Positions 19,200-28,334 of a DNA stretch of 64,000 bases are shown here, one piece after another. The stretch spans positions 186,518-250,517 of the forward strand of contig JAQBRF010000002.1 of assembly GCA_028286645.1 (NCBI GenBank). The letters are read 5' to 3'. The translations under genes were made by a program, and so were the position numbers. Position 1 is the stretch's first letter; each line of letters opens with the position of its first letter. Source of the stretch: Candidatus Nomurabacteria bacterium (GTDB taxonomy: Bacteria > Patescibacteriota > Minisyncoccia > Phycocordibacterales > UBA5272). The notes beneath the pieces were generated by a model, which was not told the origin of the DNA, made no database searches, and saw nothing but the letters and a program-made list of their open reading frames with translations.

Positions 19200-19236
19200 T
19201 CTCTACACAAAAGTTTTGTAAAACTTGGTATAGGGT

Positions 19237-20388
19237 TTATTTTATTTCTACAAACTTCCCATTTTTAATAGTTTTAATTACAAACTGAGAGTCTTTAATT
19301 CCATGAATATCATTAAATTGGATATTTGGGACTGTTACTCCTGGAATATTAGTTTTTTCTACGGCTGTTTTAATATCAATTCCATTCTCGTAATGTTTCC
19401 TTAATGCATTTATGGCTACATTGGTAGCGTCGTATGCGTTAGTCACACTTGGCCCTGAAGGCTCAGTTCCATATTTAGAAATAAAGTTTGCTTTGAATTC
19501 TTCATACCCACCAGAAGCTTCAGGATATGTATAGATAACCCCGTTCATCGTTGAGCTAAATTGTTTTACAAGTTCTGCATCCTGTACATCTGCTGAGCTA
19601 AATAGCTGCACCGTAAGACCTAAGTCGTGTGCTTGCTTTAGAAATTTTCCTTTTTTTTCTGGGTTAGGAAAACTCGCGTATATGCCATCTATATTCATAT
19701 TTTTTAACTCAGCTATTTCTGTCCTAAAGTCTATATAGTTTGTAGGAAGTGTATATTCCTTTATTACTTTTATATTATGTGCATCGGCTTCATCTTTAAA
19801 AATCGACATAAGGATAACACCAAAAGGATCTTGGTCGTGCATTATAACTATATTTCTCTTATTGTTTTGATTCATGTAACTCTCCATCGCTTGTACCTCT
19901 TTCCTTTGAGGGAAATATGTCGAAAATATGTAATCAATTGGCAGTTTGCCATATATAACAGCTTCTATTGCAGCAGAAGGAGTGATTGAAACTATTTTAT
20001 TGTTATTTATCACAGGATAACCGCTCTGGTAAGTATCACTCCATGTGGGGCCAATTATTATCTCTGCTTTATCTGAGTCAATTAATTTGCTTACAGCATT
20101 TACTGTTCCTTTTTGAGAACATTCTGTGTCTTCGGTGATGAGTTCTAAGGGGTGTCCATTTATACCGCCTGATTTATTCGCTTCCTCAATGGCCAAAGTA
20201 ATGGACTTAAGTTCGTCCTCGCCCCACGAAGAGCAGTAGTTAGTGAGTGCAAGTGCCCCCCCAACTTTTACGGTGTCTCCATTTTCCTTGTGCGCCCCAA
20301 GTATGGAAGGGCGTTGCCCTAGGAAGAAGCTTATTAATAAAATAATAAATACTACGCTTAAAAAGCCCAATAAAATGTTTTTGGTCAT
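19237..20388 (-). CDS. periplasmic substrate-binding protein, type-I PBP fold (branched-chain amino acid / LivJ-like)
   Basis: N-terminal TM/signal anchor; VKVGGALALTNYCSSWGEDELKSITLAIEEANKSGGINGHPLELITEDT... ; no adjacent permease/ATPase. Confidence 0.5.
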   Translation of the reverse strand: MTKNILLGFLSVVFIILLISFFLGQRPSILGAHKENGDTVKVGGALALTNYCSSWGEDELKSITLAIEEANKSGGINGHPLELITEDTECSQKGTVNAVSKLIDSDKAEIIIGPTWSDTYQSGYPVINNNKIVSITPSAAIEAVIYGKLPIDYIFSTYFPQRKEVQAMESYMNQNNKRNIVIMHDQDPFGVILMSIFKDEADAHNIKVIKEYTLPTNYIDFRTEIAELKNMNIDGIYASFPNPEKKGKFLKQAHDLGLTVQLFSSADVQDAELVKQFSSTMNGVIYTYPEASGGYEEFKANFISKYGTEPSGPSVTNAYDATNVAINALRKHYENGIDIKTAVEKTNIPGVTVPNIQFNDIHGIKDSQFVIKTIKNGKFVEIK

Positions 20389-20545
20389 GTTTTTAAGAAG
20401 AAAGCTAGTTAATAATTACTATCTTAGCTTAAATCTATTTTGACTGAATTGATATTTTATTGTGTAGTATTTTACCCCGAAGAATGAAAATCCTTTGATA
20501 GCAAAGGTTTTTAACGGCAGAAAGTTGTAGGTATAAGACCTACAA

Positions 20546-21325
20546 TTATTCAGAAGTCTCCCAAATAATATTAAAAAGGATAGTAATCATGTTGGCTAAT
20601 GCTTCTGATTCTATCCACATGGCCATCTGCTCTTTATAAGAAACTATAATCACATTATTACCGAAAGCATCTATATTTGGCTCAAAGGTAAGGTTTTTAT
20701 TGGTCCGCTCAATAACATTTGATACTTTGTACCCCAGTTGCCCTTCCTTCCCGCATATACCTTTTCCAGATTTTCCTTTTTTTTCAAATGTTTTGCTCCA
20801 TTTAAGCCAATATTCCTGGGACAAATGCTTAAAATCTGGATTAAATTGAGCACCAAGGAAACAAATGAATTCGCCCCCCTCTAACTCTTTCTGCTCTTTG
20901 TCGTACATATCTCTAATCTGATCTAGTCCATAATAGTATTTTATTTTCATCAGTCTAGAGCTAACTCTTGGAAGAGAAAGAAGAGACTCTATAACCTTTG
21001 ACATATCTTGAGAAGCAGAATCTATTCTTTTTCTCTCTTGCTCTACTAAATCTCTTAAAGTGTTTGGATGTGCGGCTATAAACTTTGAGCTACTCCTTCC
21101 TGTGGGCTGAATTAAACCTTTATTTATAAGCCGGTCGCATTCTGTATAGAGCTGTTGGCGATTGATTCCTGTAATGGTAGATATTTGTAGAATGGAAAGA
21201 ATCCCAGAAGAGAGCAGGGTGCTGTAAACAACGATCTGATTGTCAGTTAGTCCTAGTTCCTTAAGAAAGAGAGTGACTTCTTTAGTGGGGGTTATCTTTT
21301 TAGGTAAAACTACATTTCTTTTCAT
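20546..21325 (-). CDS. TrmB-family HTH transcriptional regulator (second paralog)
   Basis: wHTH TLFLKELGLTDNQIVVYSTLL...ITGINRQQLYTECDRLINKGLIQ. Confidence 0.4.
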   Translation of the reverse strand: MKRNVVLPKKITPTKEVTLFLKELGLTDNQIVVYSTLLSSGILSILQISTITGINRQQLYTECDRLINKGLIQPTGRSSSKFIAAHPNTLRDLVEQERKRIDSASQDMSKVIESLLSLPRVSSRLMKIKYYYGLDQIRDMYDKEQKELEGGEFICFLGAQFNPDFKHLSQEYWLKWSKTFEKKGKSGKGICGKEGQLGYKVSNVIERTNKNLTFEPNIDAFGNNVIIVSYKEQMAMWIESEALANMITILFNIIWETSE

Positions 21326-21383
21326 TAAATTAGTATAGCTTCTTTGTCTTTATTAAATAAGAGATAAGACCCCAAAATAAAAA

Positions 21384-21412
21384 TTGCATAATTTATCCTT
21401 ATATGATAAGAT
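21384..21412 (+). promoter_or_regulatory. candidate promoter TTGCAT-17-TAAGAT for tuf
   Basis: Hexamer spacing only. Confidence 0.35.
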
Positions 21413-21550
21413 TATTTCTACTCACTTGGCATTTCCTTAACTTGCTTGGCTAAGGAGTACTGCAGTTAATTATTATCAGTTTCTTTATTTATATAACTTA
21501 ATAGTCCAATATCTCCGTCAAAGGCGGATGACAAGACCAAACAAAAACAT

Positions 21551-22744
21551 ATGGCAGAAACATTTAATCGCGACAAACCACACGTAAACGTAGGAACTAT
21601 CGGTCACGTAGACCATGGAAAGACTACTCTTACAGCAGCTATTCTTAACGTGCTTCACCTTAAGGATGCAACTGTAAAGATGAAAGATGTTAATGATATC
21701 GACAAGGCGCCCGAAGAAAAGGCCCGAGGTATTACTATTTCTCTATCTCACAGTGAATACTGGACAGAAAATCGTCACTACGCTCACATTGATGCGCCAG
21801 GACATGCTGACTATATTAAGAACATGATTACCGGTGCCGCACAGATGGACGGAGCTATTCTAGTAGTAGCCGCAACTGATGGACCAATGCCACAAACTCG
21901 CGAGCACATCCTCCTAGCCAAGCAGGTTGGAGTGCCTCGAATCGTAGTATTCATGAATAAGTGCGATATGGTAGAAGATGCAGAAATGCTTGATCTCGTT
22001 GAAGAAGAAATTCGCGAGCTTCTTACAAAGCAGGGTTACGACGGAGCAAATACTCCAGTTATCCGAGGTTCAGGCCTTAAAGCTCTTGAAGCAAAGGACA
22101 TTAATGATCCTTGGGCAGTGAAGATTGTTGAGCTTATGACTGCGCTTGATACTTGGATTCCAGTTCCAGAGCGTGATATTACAAAGCCATTCCTTATGCC
22201 TGTAGAAGACATCTTCTCAATCGAAGGACGTGGAACTGTGGTAACAGGACGTATTGAAAGAGGGACAATTAAACTTAACGAAGAAATTGAAATCGTGGGA
22301 CTTAAAGATACTGCAAAGACTGTGGTAACTGGTATTGAAATGTTCAATAAGCAACTATCTGAAGGAGTGGCCGGAGACAACGCCGGAATCCTTATCAGAG
22401 GTCTTAAGAAAGAAGATATTATGCGAGGACAAGTTCTTGCAAAGCCTGGAAGCGTGAAGCCTCATACAGATTTCGAAGCAGAAGTATACATTCTTAAGAA
22501 GGATGAAGGAGGAAGACACACTCCATTCTTAAATGGTTATAAGCCACAATTCTATGTACGCACAACGGACGTAACAGGAGAAGTGACTCTTGCACCAGGA
22601 ACAGAAATGGTTATGCCAGGAGATACTGTTAAGTTTACAGTTAAGCTGCTTGCCCCAATCGCTCTTGAGGAACAAGGACACTTTGCTATCCGCGAAGGAG
22701 GTAAAACTGTAGGAGCCGGAGTCGTTACAAAGATAATTGCCTAA
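21551..22744 (+). CDS. tuf: elongation factor Tu
   Basis: 397 aa; [29 protein letters not shown] motifs. Confidence 0.95.
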   Translation: MAETFNRDKPHVNVGTIGHVDHGKTTLTAAILNVLHLKDATVKMKDVNDIDKAPEEKARGITISLSHSEYWTENRHYAHIDAPGHADYIKNMITGAAQMDGAILVVAATDGPMPQTREHILLAKQVGVPRIVVFMNKCDMVEDAEMLDLVEEEIRELLTKQGYDGANTPVIRGSGLKALEAKDINDPWAVKIVELMTALDTWIPVPERDITKPFLMPVEDIFSIEGRGTVVTGRIERGTIKLNEEIEIVGLKDTAKTVVTGIEMFNKQLSEGVAGDNAGILIRGLKKEDIMRGQVLAKPGSVKPHTDFEAEVYILKKDEGGRHTPFLNGYKPQFYVRTTDVTGEVTLAPGTEMVMPGDTVKFTVKLLAPIALEEQGHFAIREGGKTVGAGVVTKIIA

Positions 22745-22819
22745 AACCTCCGAAGGAGGTCGGCCGACAAATCAAAGATTTGTTTAGGCGTAAAGATCTC
22801 TAAAATTATTTAAACAATT

Positions 22820-23209
22820 ATGGCAGCAACAACTACAGCAGCAAAAAAGACCAAAAGCGCGGCAAAGGCTGCTCCGAAGGTGACCAAGCTTAAACAAGCA
22901 GAAGTACAAAAGCTACGCATTCGCATTCGCGCATATGAAAGCAAAATACTTGATGCTTCAGTTAAGCAAATCATCGATACAGCAAGACGCTTCGAAGCTG
23001 TAATCTTAGGTCCTATTCCACTTCCAACTGAAATCAAGAGATACACAGTAAATAGATCATCATTTATTTATAAAGATGCTCGAGAACAGTTCGAAATGCG
23101 AATCCATAAAAGACTTATCGATATAGTTAACCCGAACGCTAAGCTTATCGAAGCATTAACCAACCTGTCTCTTCCTTCAGGAGTAGACATTGATGTAAAG
23201 ATGGCTTAA
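22820..23209 (+). CDS. rpsJ: 30S ribosomal protein S10 with ~25-aa Ala/Lys-rich N-terminal extension
   Basis: QKLRIRIRAY...GPIPLPT...KDAREQFEMRIHKRLIDI core. Confidence 0.9.
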   Translation: MAATTTAAKKTKSAAKAAPKVTKLKQAEVQKLRIRIRAYESKILDASVKQIIDTARRFEAVILGPIPLPTEIKRYTVNRSSFIYKDAREQFEMRIHKRLIDIVNPNAKLIEALTNLSLPSGVDIDVKMA

Positions 23210-23266
23210 ATAGATTGTAGATTGTAGAAATGCAGATACAATCGAAAATATCTAGAAATACACAAC

Positions 23267-23869
23267 ATGAAATTCTCACTAGCTACAAAACAGAATATGA
23301 CTGAATTCTTTGGAGAAGATGGAACCGTCCATCCTGCAACTATTCTTCGCGCTTCCGCGCTCACTGTGACCGCGATTAAGAATATTGATAAAGACGGTTA
23401 TCATGCTATCCAAGTAGCTCAAGGGGAACAAAAGAAGGAAAGGCTTTCTAAAGCGCTTCTCGGACATCTTAAAGGAAATTCATACAAAGTTGTAAAGGAA
23501 TTTAGAACAGAAGGCGGAGACTTGAATATAGGCGCGACAATTGCTTGCGATATTTTCTCAAAAGGAGACATCGTGACAATTTCAAGTATTTCTAAGGGTA
23601 AAGGTTTCCAAGGTGGAATGAAAAGACACGGGATGAAAGGAGGGTGGGGCCAGCACGGACAGAAGCACTCTGCTCGAGAAATTGGATCAATTGGTTCAAC
23701 TGGACAGCAAAGGGTGAACAAAGGAAAGAGAATGCCAGGAAGAATGGGAAGTGATCGCATAACACAAAAGAATGTAAAGATTCTTGATGTGGATGTAGAA
23801 AATGGGCTCATCCTTATTAAAGGGGCAGTTGCTGGTAAGCGTGGAACTTTGGTAGAGCTCAAGGGCTAA
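23267..23869 (+). CDS. rplC: 50S ribosomal protein L3
   Basis: SKGKGFQGGMKRHG motif; synteny. Confidence 0.9.
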   Translation: MKFSLATKQNMTEFFGEDGTVHPATILRASALTVTAIKNIDKDGYHAIQVAQGEQKKERLSKALLGHLKGNSYKVVKEFRTEGGDLNIGATIACDIFSKGDIVTISSISKGKGFQGGMKRHGMKGGWGQHGQKHSAREIGSIGSTGQQRVNKGKRMPGRMGSDRITQKNVKILDVDVENGLILIKGAVAGKRGTLVELKG

Positions 23870-23878
23870 ATAAAACTT

Positions 23879-24538
23879 ATGCAAGTAAACATATATACAA
23901 CTGAAGGAAAGAAATCAAAGACTCTAGAGCTGCCAGAGAATATTTTTGGTGCTAAGTGGAATGCTGATCTTGTTGCTCAAGTAGTAACTTCACAAGCTTC
24001 AAACCGCCGCGCGGGAACTGCGCATACTAAAAACCGCGCTGAAGTGAGAGGTTCACATAAAAAACCATGGGCTCAGAAAGGTTCAGGACGTGCTCGTCAT
24101 GGTTCTGCTCAGTCACCCCTATGGAAAGGGGGAGGTGTTACATTCGGGCCTAGAAACGAAAAGAGTTATAAAAAGACTATCACTAAGAGCATGAGAAGCG
24201 GAGCGCTTTTCTCACTTCTATCTGCGAAGCTAAAGGCTGGTAAAATAATTTTCGTGGAATCAGTCCCTTCTGTTTCCAAAACAAAAGATGCTGATGTATT
24301 AATGAAAGGCCTTACTAATATTGAAGGATTCAAAACTCTTACATATAAAAAGCCAAATAATGTATATATGACTGTGCAAGGAGTTGACGCAGCGGGAAAA
24401 AGAGCATTTAGAAATCTTCCATATATGACACTTCATAATGTTGAAGACTTAAACCCGCTTGATATCGCTAACTCAAGATACCTTGTAATTGCAAACCCAG
24501 AGGAATCAATCAAGTACTTATCTTCAAAATTGAAATAA
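23879..24538 (+). CDS. rplD: 50S ribosomal protein L4
   Basis: Synteny and L4-like sequence. Confidence 0.9.
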   Translation: MQVNIYTTEGKKSKTLELPENIFGAKWNADLVAQVVTSQASNRRAGTAHTKNRAEVRGSHKKPWAQKGSGRARHGSAQSPLWKGGGVTFGPRNEKSYKKTITKSMRSGALFSLLSAKLKAGKIIFVESVPSVSKTKDADVLMKGLTNIEGFKTLTYKKPNNVYMTVQGVDAAGKRAFRNLPYMTLHNVEDLNPLDIANSRYLVIANPEESIKYLSSKLK

Positions 24539-24542
24539 ATAT

Positions 24543-24854
24543 ATGGCAACCAAGAAAACAACAACTAAAGACGAAGTAGCAGAAGTAAAAAAGCTTATTA
24601 TTTCTCCTCGCATTACTGAAAAAGCATCAGCTCAATCATCTGCAAATGCTTACACATTTGTTGTTGAAAAAAATGCCAATAAAAAAGATCTCATGGAAGA
24701 AATCAAGAAACAGTATAAAGTAACTCCTAAAGCTATTAATATCACCAATCTGCCTCGAAGAAGCACTTTTATTAGAGGCAGAAAGGGTTTCACCACCGGG
24801 ATCAAGAAAGCAATTGTTTTCTTAAAGAAGGGGGACACCATTAACTTGTCCTAA
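24543..24854 (+). CDS. rplW: 50S ribosomal protein L23
   Basis: Synteny; 103 aa. Confidence 0.9.
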   Translation: MATKKTTTKDEVAEVKKLIISPRITEKASAQSSANAYTFVVEKNANKKDLMEEIKKQYKVTPKAINITNLPRRSTFIRGRKGFTTGIKKAIVFLKKGDTINLS

Positions 24855-24861
24855 ATAAGAC

Positions 24862-24877
24862 GTTAGATTTTAGATAA
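24862..24877. repeat. half copy of dispersed motif (GTTAGATTTTAGATAA), 16 nt upstream of rplB ATG
   Basis: Read directly. Confidence 0.6.
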
Positions 24878-24892
24878 CACGAATTCAAACTT

Positions 24893-25732
24893 ATGAAAAC
24901 ATACAGACCCACAACCCCATCACGAAGAAAAATGTCTACGGTATCATACCGAGGAGTAATCACTGCAAGCGAGCCATACAAGCCGTTAACTCGTGGATTT
25001 CGTCGTGGATCAGGAAGAAATGCGTATGGAAGAATCACTTCACAACATCGTGGAGGAGGACATAAGCGATCTTTCCGAGAAATTGACTTTTCATATGACA
25101 AATTAGACATTCCTGCGAAGGTTCAGACAGTTGAATATGATCCAAACAGATCAGGATTCATCGGGCTTGTAGCATATGCTGACGGAGCAAAGCGTTATGT
25201 TCTTTTACCGAAATCAATGAAAGTGGGGGATAAATTTATAGTTTCAGAAAAAGCAGACCTTGTGGCTGGAAACAGAACAGCCCTTAAGAGCATTCCTGTA
25301 GGAACATTTGTATATAATATCGAACTCAAACCAAGGACCTCTGCTAAGCTTGTTCGTTCAGCGGGAGTATATGCGCAAGTGGTAGCCCATGATGAAGGAT
25401 ATACATCAATCAAGCTTCCTTCATCGGAAGTAAGAAAGGTGACAGATACGTGTTTTGCCTCAATTGGGGAAGTATCTAATGATGAATATCGTTTAAGAAA
25501 TTTAGGTAAGGCAGGACGATCACGCCATCTAGGCATCAGACCAAAGACACGTGCTATGGCCATGAACCCGGTAGACCATCCATACGGAGGAGGAGAAGGA
25601 GCACAGCCTCGAGGAACTCGTCGTCCAAAGACCCGCCATGGAAAGATCACTGGAGGCCATAAGACTAGAACTCCAAAGAAATACTCAAATGTTCACATTG
25701 TTTCAAGACGAGTAGTAAGAAAGAAAAAATAG
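24893..25732 (+). CDS. rplB: 50S ribosomal protein L2
   Basis: 279 aa; GGGHKR, GRNAYGRITSQHRGGG motifs. Confidence 0.95.
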   Translation: MKTYRPTTPSRRKMSTVSYRGVITASEPYKPLTRGFRRGSGRNAYGRITSQHRGGGHKRSFREIDFSYDKLDIPAKVQTVEYDPNRSGFIGLVAYADGAKRYVLLPKSMKVGDKFIVSEKADLVAGNRTALKSIPVGTFVYNIELKPRTSAKLVRSAGVYAQVVAHDEGYTSIKLPSSEVRKVTDTCFASIGEVSNDEYRLRNLGKAGRSRHLGIRPKTRAMAMNPVDHPYGGGEGAQPRGTRRPKTRHGKITGGHKTRTPKKYSNVHIVSRRVVRKKK

Positions 25733-25788
25733 CATGAATACTGTCTTTACTTTAGCTAAAAAACTGATATAATTAAGCCCTATTAACT

Positions 25789-26133
25789 ATGACACGATCA
25801 CTTCACAAAGGACCATATGTAGACGAAAGAGTACTAAAAAAGGTGCTCGGCAAGCGTCCTGACCAAACAGGGGTGATTAAGACATGGATCAGAAGAAGTG
25901 ATATTTCTCCTGAAATGGTTGGGTTTACTTTCGGAGTTTATAATGGAAAAACTCACATTGAAGTTTTGGTAACAGAAGATATGGTGGGACATAAGCTCGG
26001 CGAATTCTCTCCAACACGGAAGTTCATCCGCCATGGAGGAAAGATGCAGAAGGAAATTGACCAGAAGAAGTCACAATCAGAAATCACTCAAGCTAAATCT
26101 GCTAAAGCTACAGTAGAAACAAAGAAGAAATAA
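25789..26133 (+). CDS. rpsS: 30S ribosomal protein S19 with ~20-aa Lys/Gln-rich C-terminal extension
   Basis: [13 protein letters not shown] motif. Confidence 0.9.
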   Translation: MTRSLHKGPYVDERVLKKVLGKRPDQTGVIKTWIRRSDISPEMVGFTFGVYNGKTHIEVLVTEDMVGHKLGEFSPTRKFIRHGGKMQKEIDQKKSQSEITQAKSAKATVETKKK

Positions 26134-26138
26134 TACAT

Positions 26139-26495
26139 ATGAAAGCCTCTATTAAAAACTATCGCCAAGCGCCGCGTAAAATTCGCCTTATTACAGATCT
26201 TGTAAAGGGTAAATCTGCCGCACAAGCGCAAGCGATATTAACTCATTTGATTAAAAGAGGCTCACTTCCGGTTAAAAAGCTTCTTGATTCAGCCGTGTCT
26301 AATTCCGGAGAAAAAGCAGAAAATTTAATTGTAAAGAAAATAACAACAGAAAAAGGCGTCGTTATAAAAAGATGGATGCCGCGAGCCATGGGACGTGCGT
26401 TCCCAATTCACAAGCATACAAGCAACATCGTAATCGAATTGGCTTCTAAGAATTCAAAGAAGGATGAAAGCATTAATCTAAAATCTAATGTCTAA
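26139..26495 (+). CDS. rplV: 50S ribosomal protein L22
   Basis: Synteny, L22-like sequence; last 8 codons + stop lie inside a dispersed-motif copy. Confidence 0.9.
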   Translation: MKASIKNYRQAPRKIRLITDLVKGKSAAQAQAILTHLIKRGSLPVKKLLDSAVSNSGEKAENLIVKKITTEKGVVIKRWMPRAMGRAFPIHKHTSNIVIELASKNSKKDESINLKSNV

Positions 26496-26502
26496 CATCT
26501 AA
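26474..26502. repeat. dispersed-motif copy (TAATCTAAAATCTAATGTCTAACATCTAA) overlapping rplV 3' end and 12 nt upstream of rpsC ATG
   Basis: Read directly. Confidence 0.7.
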
Positions 26503-26513
26503 TAACTATTTAT

Positions 26514-27188
26514 ATGACACACGTAGTACACCCATATTCACATAGACTTGGAATCATACGCGACTGGAAGTCACGCTGGTTCGGCAAGGACACCACAAAG
26601 TATGTAGATCATCTTCGTACTGATGTTTTAGTTAGAAGCTGGCTTACTAAACGTCTTCGAGGTATGCATCTTTCTGTAATTGAAATTGAAAGAAGTGAAA
26701 AGCAGTACAGAATAATGATCCACACATCACGCCCTGGTATGATTATCGGACGAAGCGGGGAGGGGATTGAAAAACTTCGAGTTGCTTTAAAGAAGGAGAT
26801 GCACCGATCAAAGATCGTTATTCCTCAGGATATGAAGCTAGATATAGTTGAAGTTAATAATCCAGAAGCGGACGCTGCAATTGTGGCTTCAATGGTAGCA
26901 GAAGGAATCGAAAAGCGTCTTCCTTTCAGAAGAGTTCTTAAGAGTACGATAGAAAAAGTTATGGCCAACAGAGATGTGATGGGAGCTGCTATTGCGGTGT
27001 CCGGACGTCTAGGAGGGGCTGAAATGGCGCGACGTGAAATGATGAAGCGTGGAGGTATTCCACTTCAGACGCTTCGCGCTGACATCGATTTCGCTCGCGA
27101 TAAAGCATACATGACATATGGAGTAATCGGTATTAAGGTATGGATTTATCGAGGAATGAAGTTTGATAAGAAAGAGCAGCCCAAATAA
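26514..27188 (+). CDS. rpsC: 30S ribosomal protein S3
   Basis: KH-domain S3 sequence; synteny. Confidence 0.95.
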   Translation: MTHVVHPYSHRLGIIRDWKSRWFGKDTTKYVDHLRTDVLVRSWLTKRLRGMHLSVIEIERSEKQYRIMIHTSRPGMIIGRSGEGIEKLRVALKKEMHRSKIVIPQDMKLDIVEVNNPEADAAIVASMVAEGIEKRLPFRRVLKSTIEKVMANRDVMGAAIAVSGRLGGAEMARREMMKRGGIPLQTLRADIDFARDKAYMTYGVIGIKVWIYRGMKFDKKEQPK

Positions 27189-27199
27189 TTTAAAAATAT

Positions 27200-27619
27200 A
27201 TGTTATTCCCCAAGAAAGTTAAACATCGAAAGTGGCAGACAGCACGACTCTCAAAAGAGAAGCTGCTTCGACCTGAGACAAAGGGGATTACAGTTTCGTT
27301 TGGCGCTTTTGGATTAAAAGCAGAAACTCCAGCCCGAGTAGCCGCAAATCAAATCGAAGCAGCAAGACGTGTTATGACTCGCCATGCCGGCAAGACTGCG
27401 AAAGTTTGGATTAGGATTTTCCCAGATCGTCCAGTTACTAAAAAAGCTGCAGAAACTCCGATGGGTAAAGGAAAAGGAGATCCAGATCGATATGTATTTG
27501 AAGTTCGTCCAGGAAGAATCTTATTTGAAATAGATGGAGTGTCGGAAGTGGTAGCACGCGAAGCTCTTCGAAAGGCTGGAGCCAAGCTTCCAATTAAGTG
27601 TTTCGTAGTAGCAAGATAA
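27200..27619 (+). CDS. rplP: 50S ribosomal protein L16
   Basis: Synteny; L16 sequence. Confidence 0.95.
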   Translation: MLFPKKVKHRKWQTARLSKEKLLRPETKGITVSFGAFGLKAETPARVAANQIEAARRVMTRHAGKTAKVWIRIFPDRPVTKKAAETPMGKGKGDPDRYVFEVRPGRILFEIDGVSEVVAREALRKAGAKLPIKCFVVAR

Positions 27620-27623
27620 ATAT

Positions 27624-27893
27624 ATGGAAAAAAATACTCAACAAGAAAATATTGCAAACCGAAAGAAGATTACCGGCGAAGTAGTTTCGGATAAAATGGA
27701 TAAAACCGTGGTAGTAAATACATCACGTTATGTTGCTCATAAGAAATACGGAAAGAGATACAAAATAAACAAGAGATACAAGGCGCATGACGAAAACAAC
27801 GAATACAAAGTTGGAGATAAGGTGATCATCGAAGAGTCTCGTCCAATATCTAAAGATAAGACGTTTGTAGTAATTGGCCACGTAGGAAAATAA
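27624..27893 (+). CDS. rpsQ: 30S ribosomal protein S17
   Basis: VVSDKMDKTVVV...HDENNEYKVGDKVIIEESRPISK matches S17; no rpmC between rplP and rpsQ. Confidence 0.9.
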   Translation: MEKNTQQENIANRKKITGEVVSDKMDKTVVVNTSRYVAHKKYGKRYKINKRYKAHDENNEYKVGDKVIIEESRPISKDKTFVVIGHVGK

Positions 27894-27904
27894 TTTAGAA
27901 ATAT

Positions 27905-28285
27905 ATGATACAAGCAGGAACAAATGTAAAAATAACAGATAACTCAGGCGCAAAGTTCGGCCGTGTTTTCAAGATACTTGGAGGATCAAAGAGGAGATAC
28001 GCGTCCTTGGGAGATTTGGTAGTGCTTTCAGTTAAGGTCGCAGAGCCTCGTAAGCAGACAAAGAAGAAGGATATCGTATACGCGGTAGTGGTTAGAACTA
28101 TAAAGCAGGTTAGAAGAAAGGATGGATCATATATTTCTTTTGATGATAATGCTGTGGTTATAGTGGACAAGGTAAAGAAGGAGCCTCGAGCGGGACGTGT
28201 TTTCGGACCAATTCCCCGAGAGCTTTCAGAGTCGGGTGTAGACGGATATAAGAAAATAGCCTCATTAGCTCCTGAGGTAATATAA
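27905..28285 (+). CDS. rplN: 50S ribosomal protein L14
   Basis: MIQAGTNVKITDNSGAK N-terminus. Confidence 0.95.
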   Translation: MIQAGTNVKITDNSGAKFGRVFKILGGSKRRYASLGDLVVLSVKVAEPRKQTKKKDIVYAVVVRTIKQVRRKDGSYISFDDNAVVIVDKVKKEPRAGRVFGPIPRELSESGVDGYKKIASLAPEVI

Positions 28286-28322
28286 CTAGATGGTAGATAT
28301 TAGACATTAGATTTTAGATAAA
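28286..28322. repeat. dispersed-motif copy (CTAGATGGTAGATATTAGACATTAGATTTTAGATAA), 13 nt upstream of rplX ATG
   Basis: Read directly. Confidence 0.75.
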
Positions 28323-28334
28323 TACAAAAATACC

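Larger units (their letters stand above)
17555..19200 (+). other. compositionally foreign GC-rich island: two SD-led genes with an AT-rich spacer between them
   Basis: Abrupt shift to G/C-rich third-position codons; overlapping antisense ORFs typical of high-GC DNA; flanks look like host. Confidence 0.7.

Noticed and set aside
17480-19240. Interpreting the GC-rich island as definite contamination or misassembly
   Set aside because: Not rejected outright, but I did not discard it. The junctions fall at intergenic positions carrying host-style promoters and terminators rather than at random break points, which argues for real integration. This needs read-level verification.
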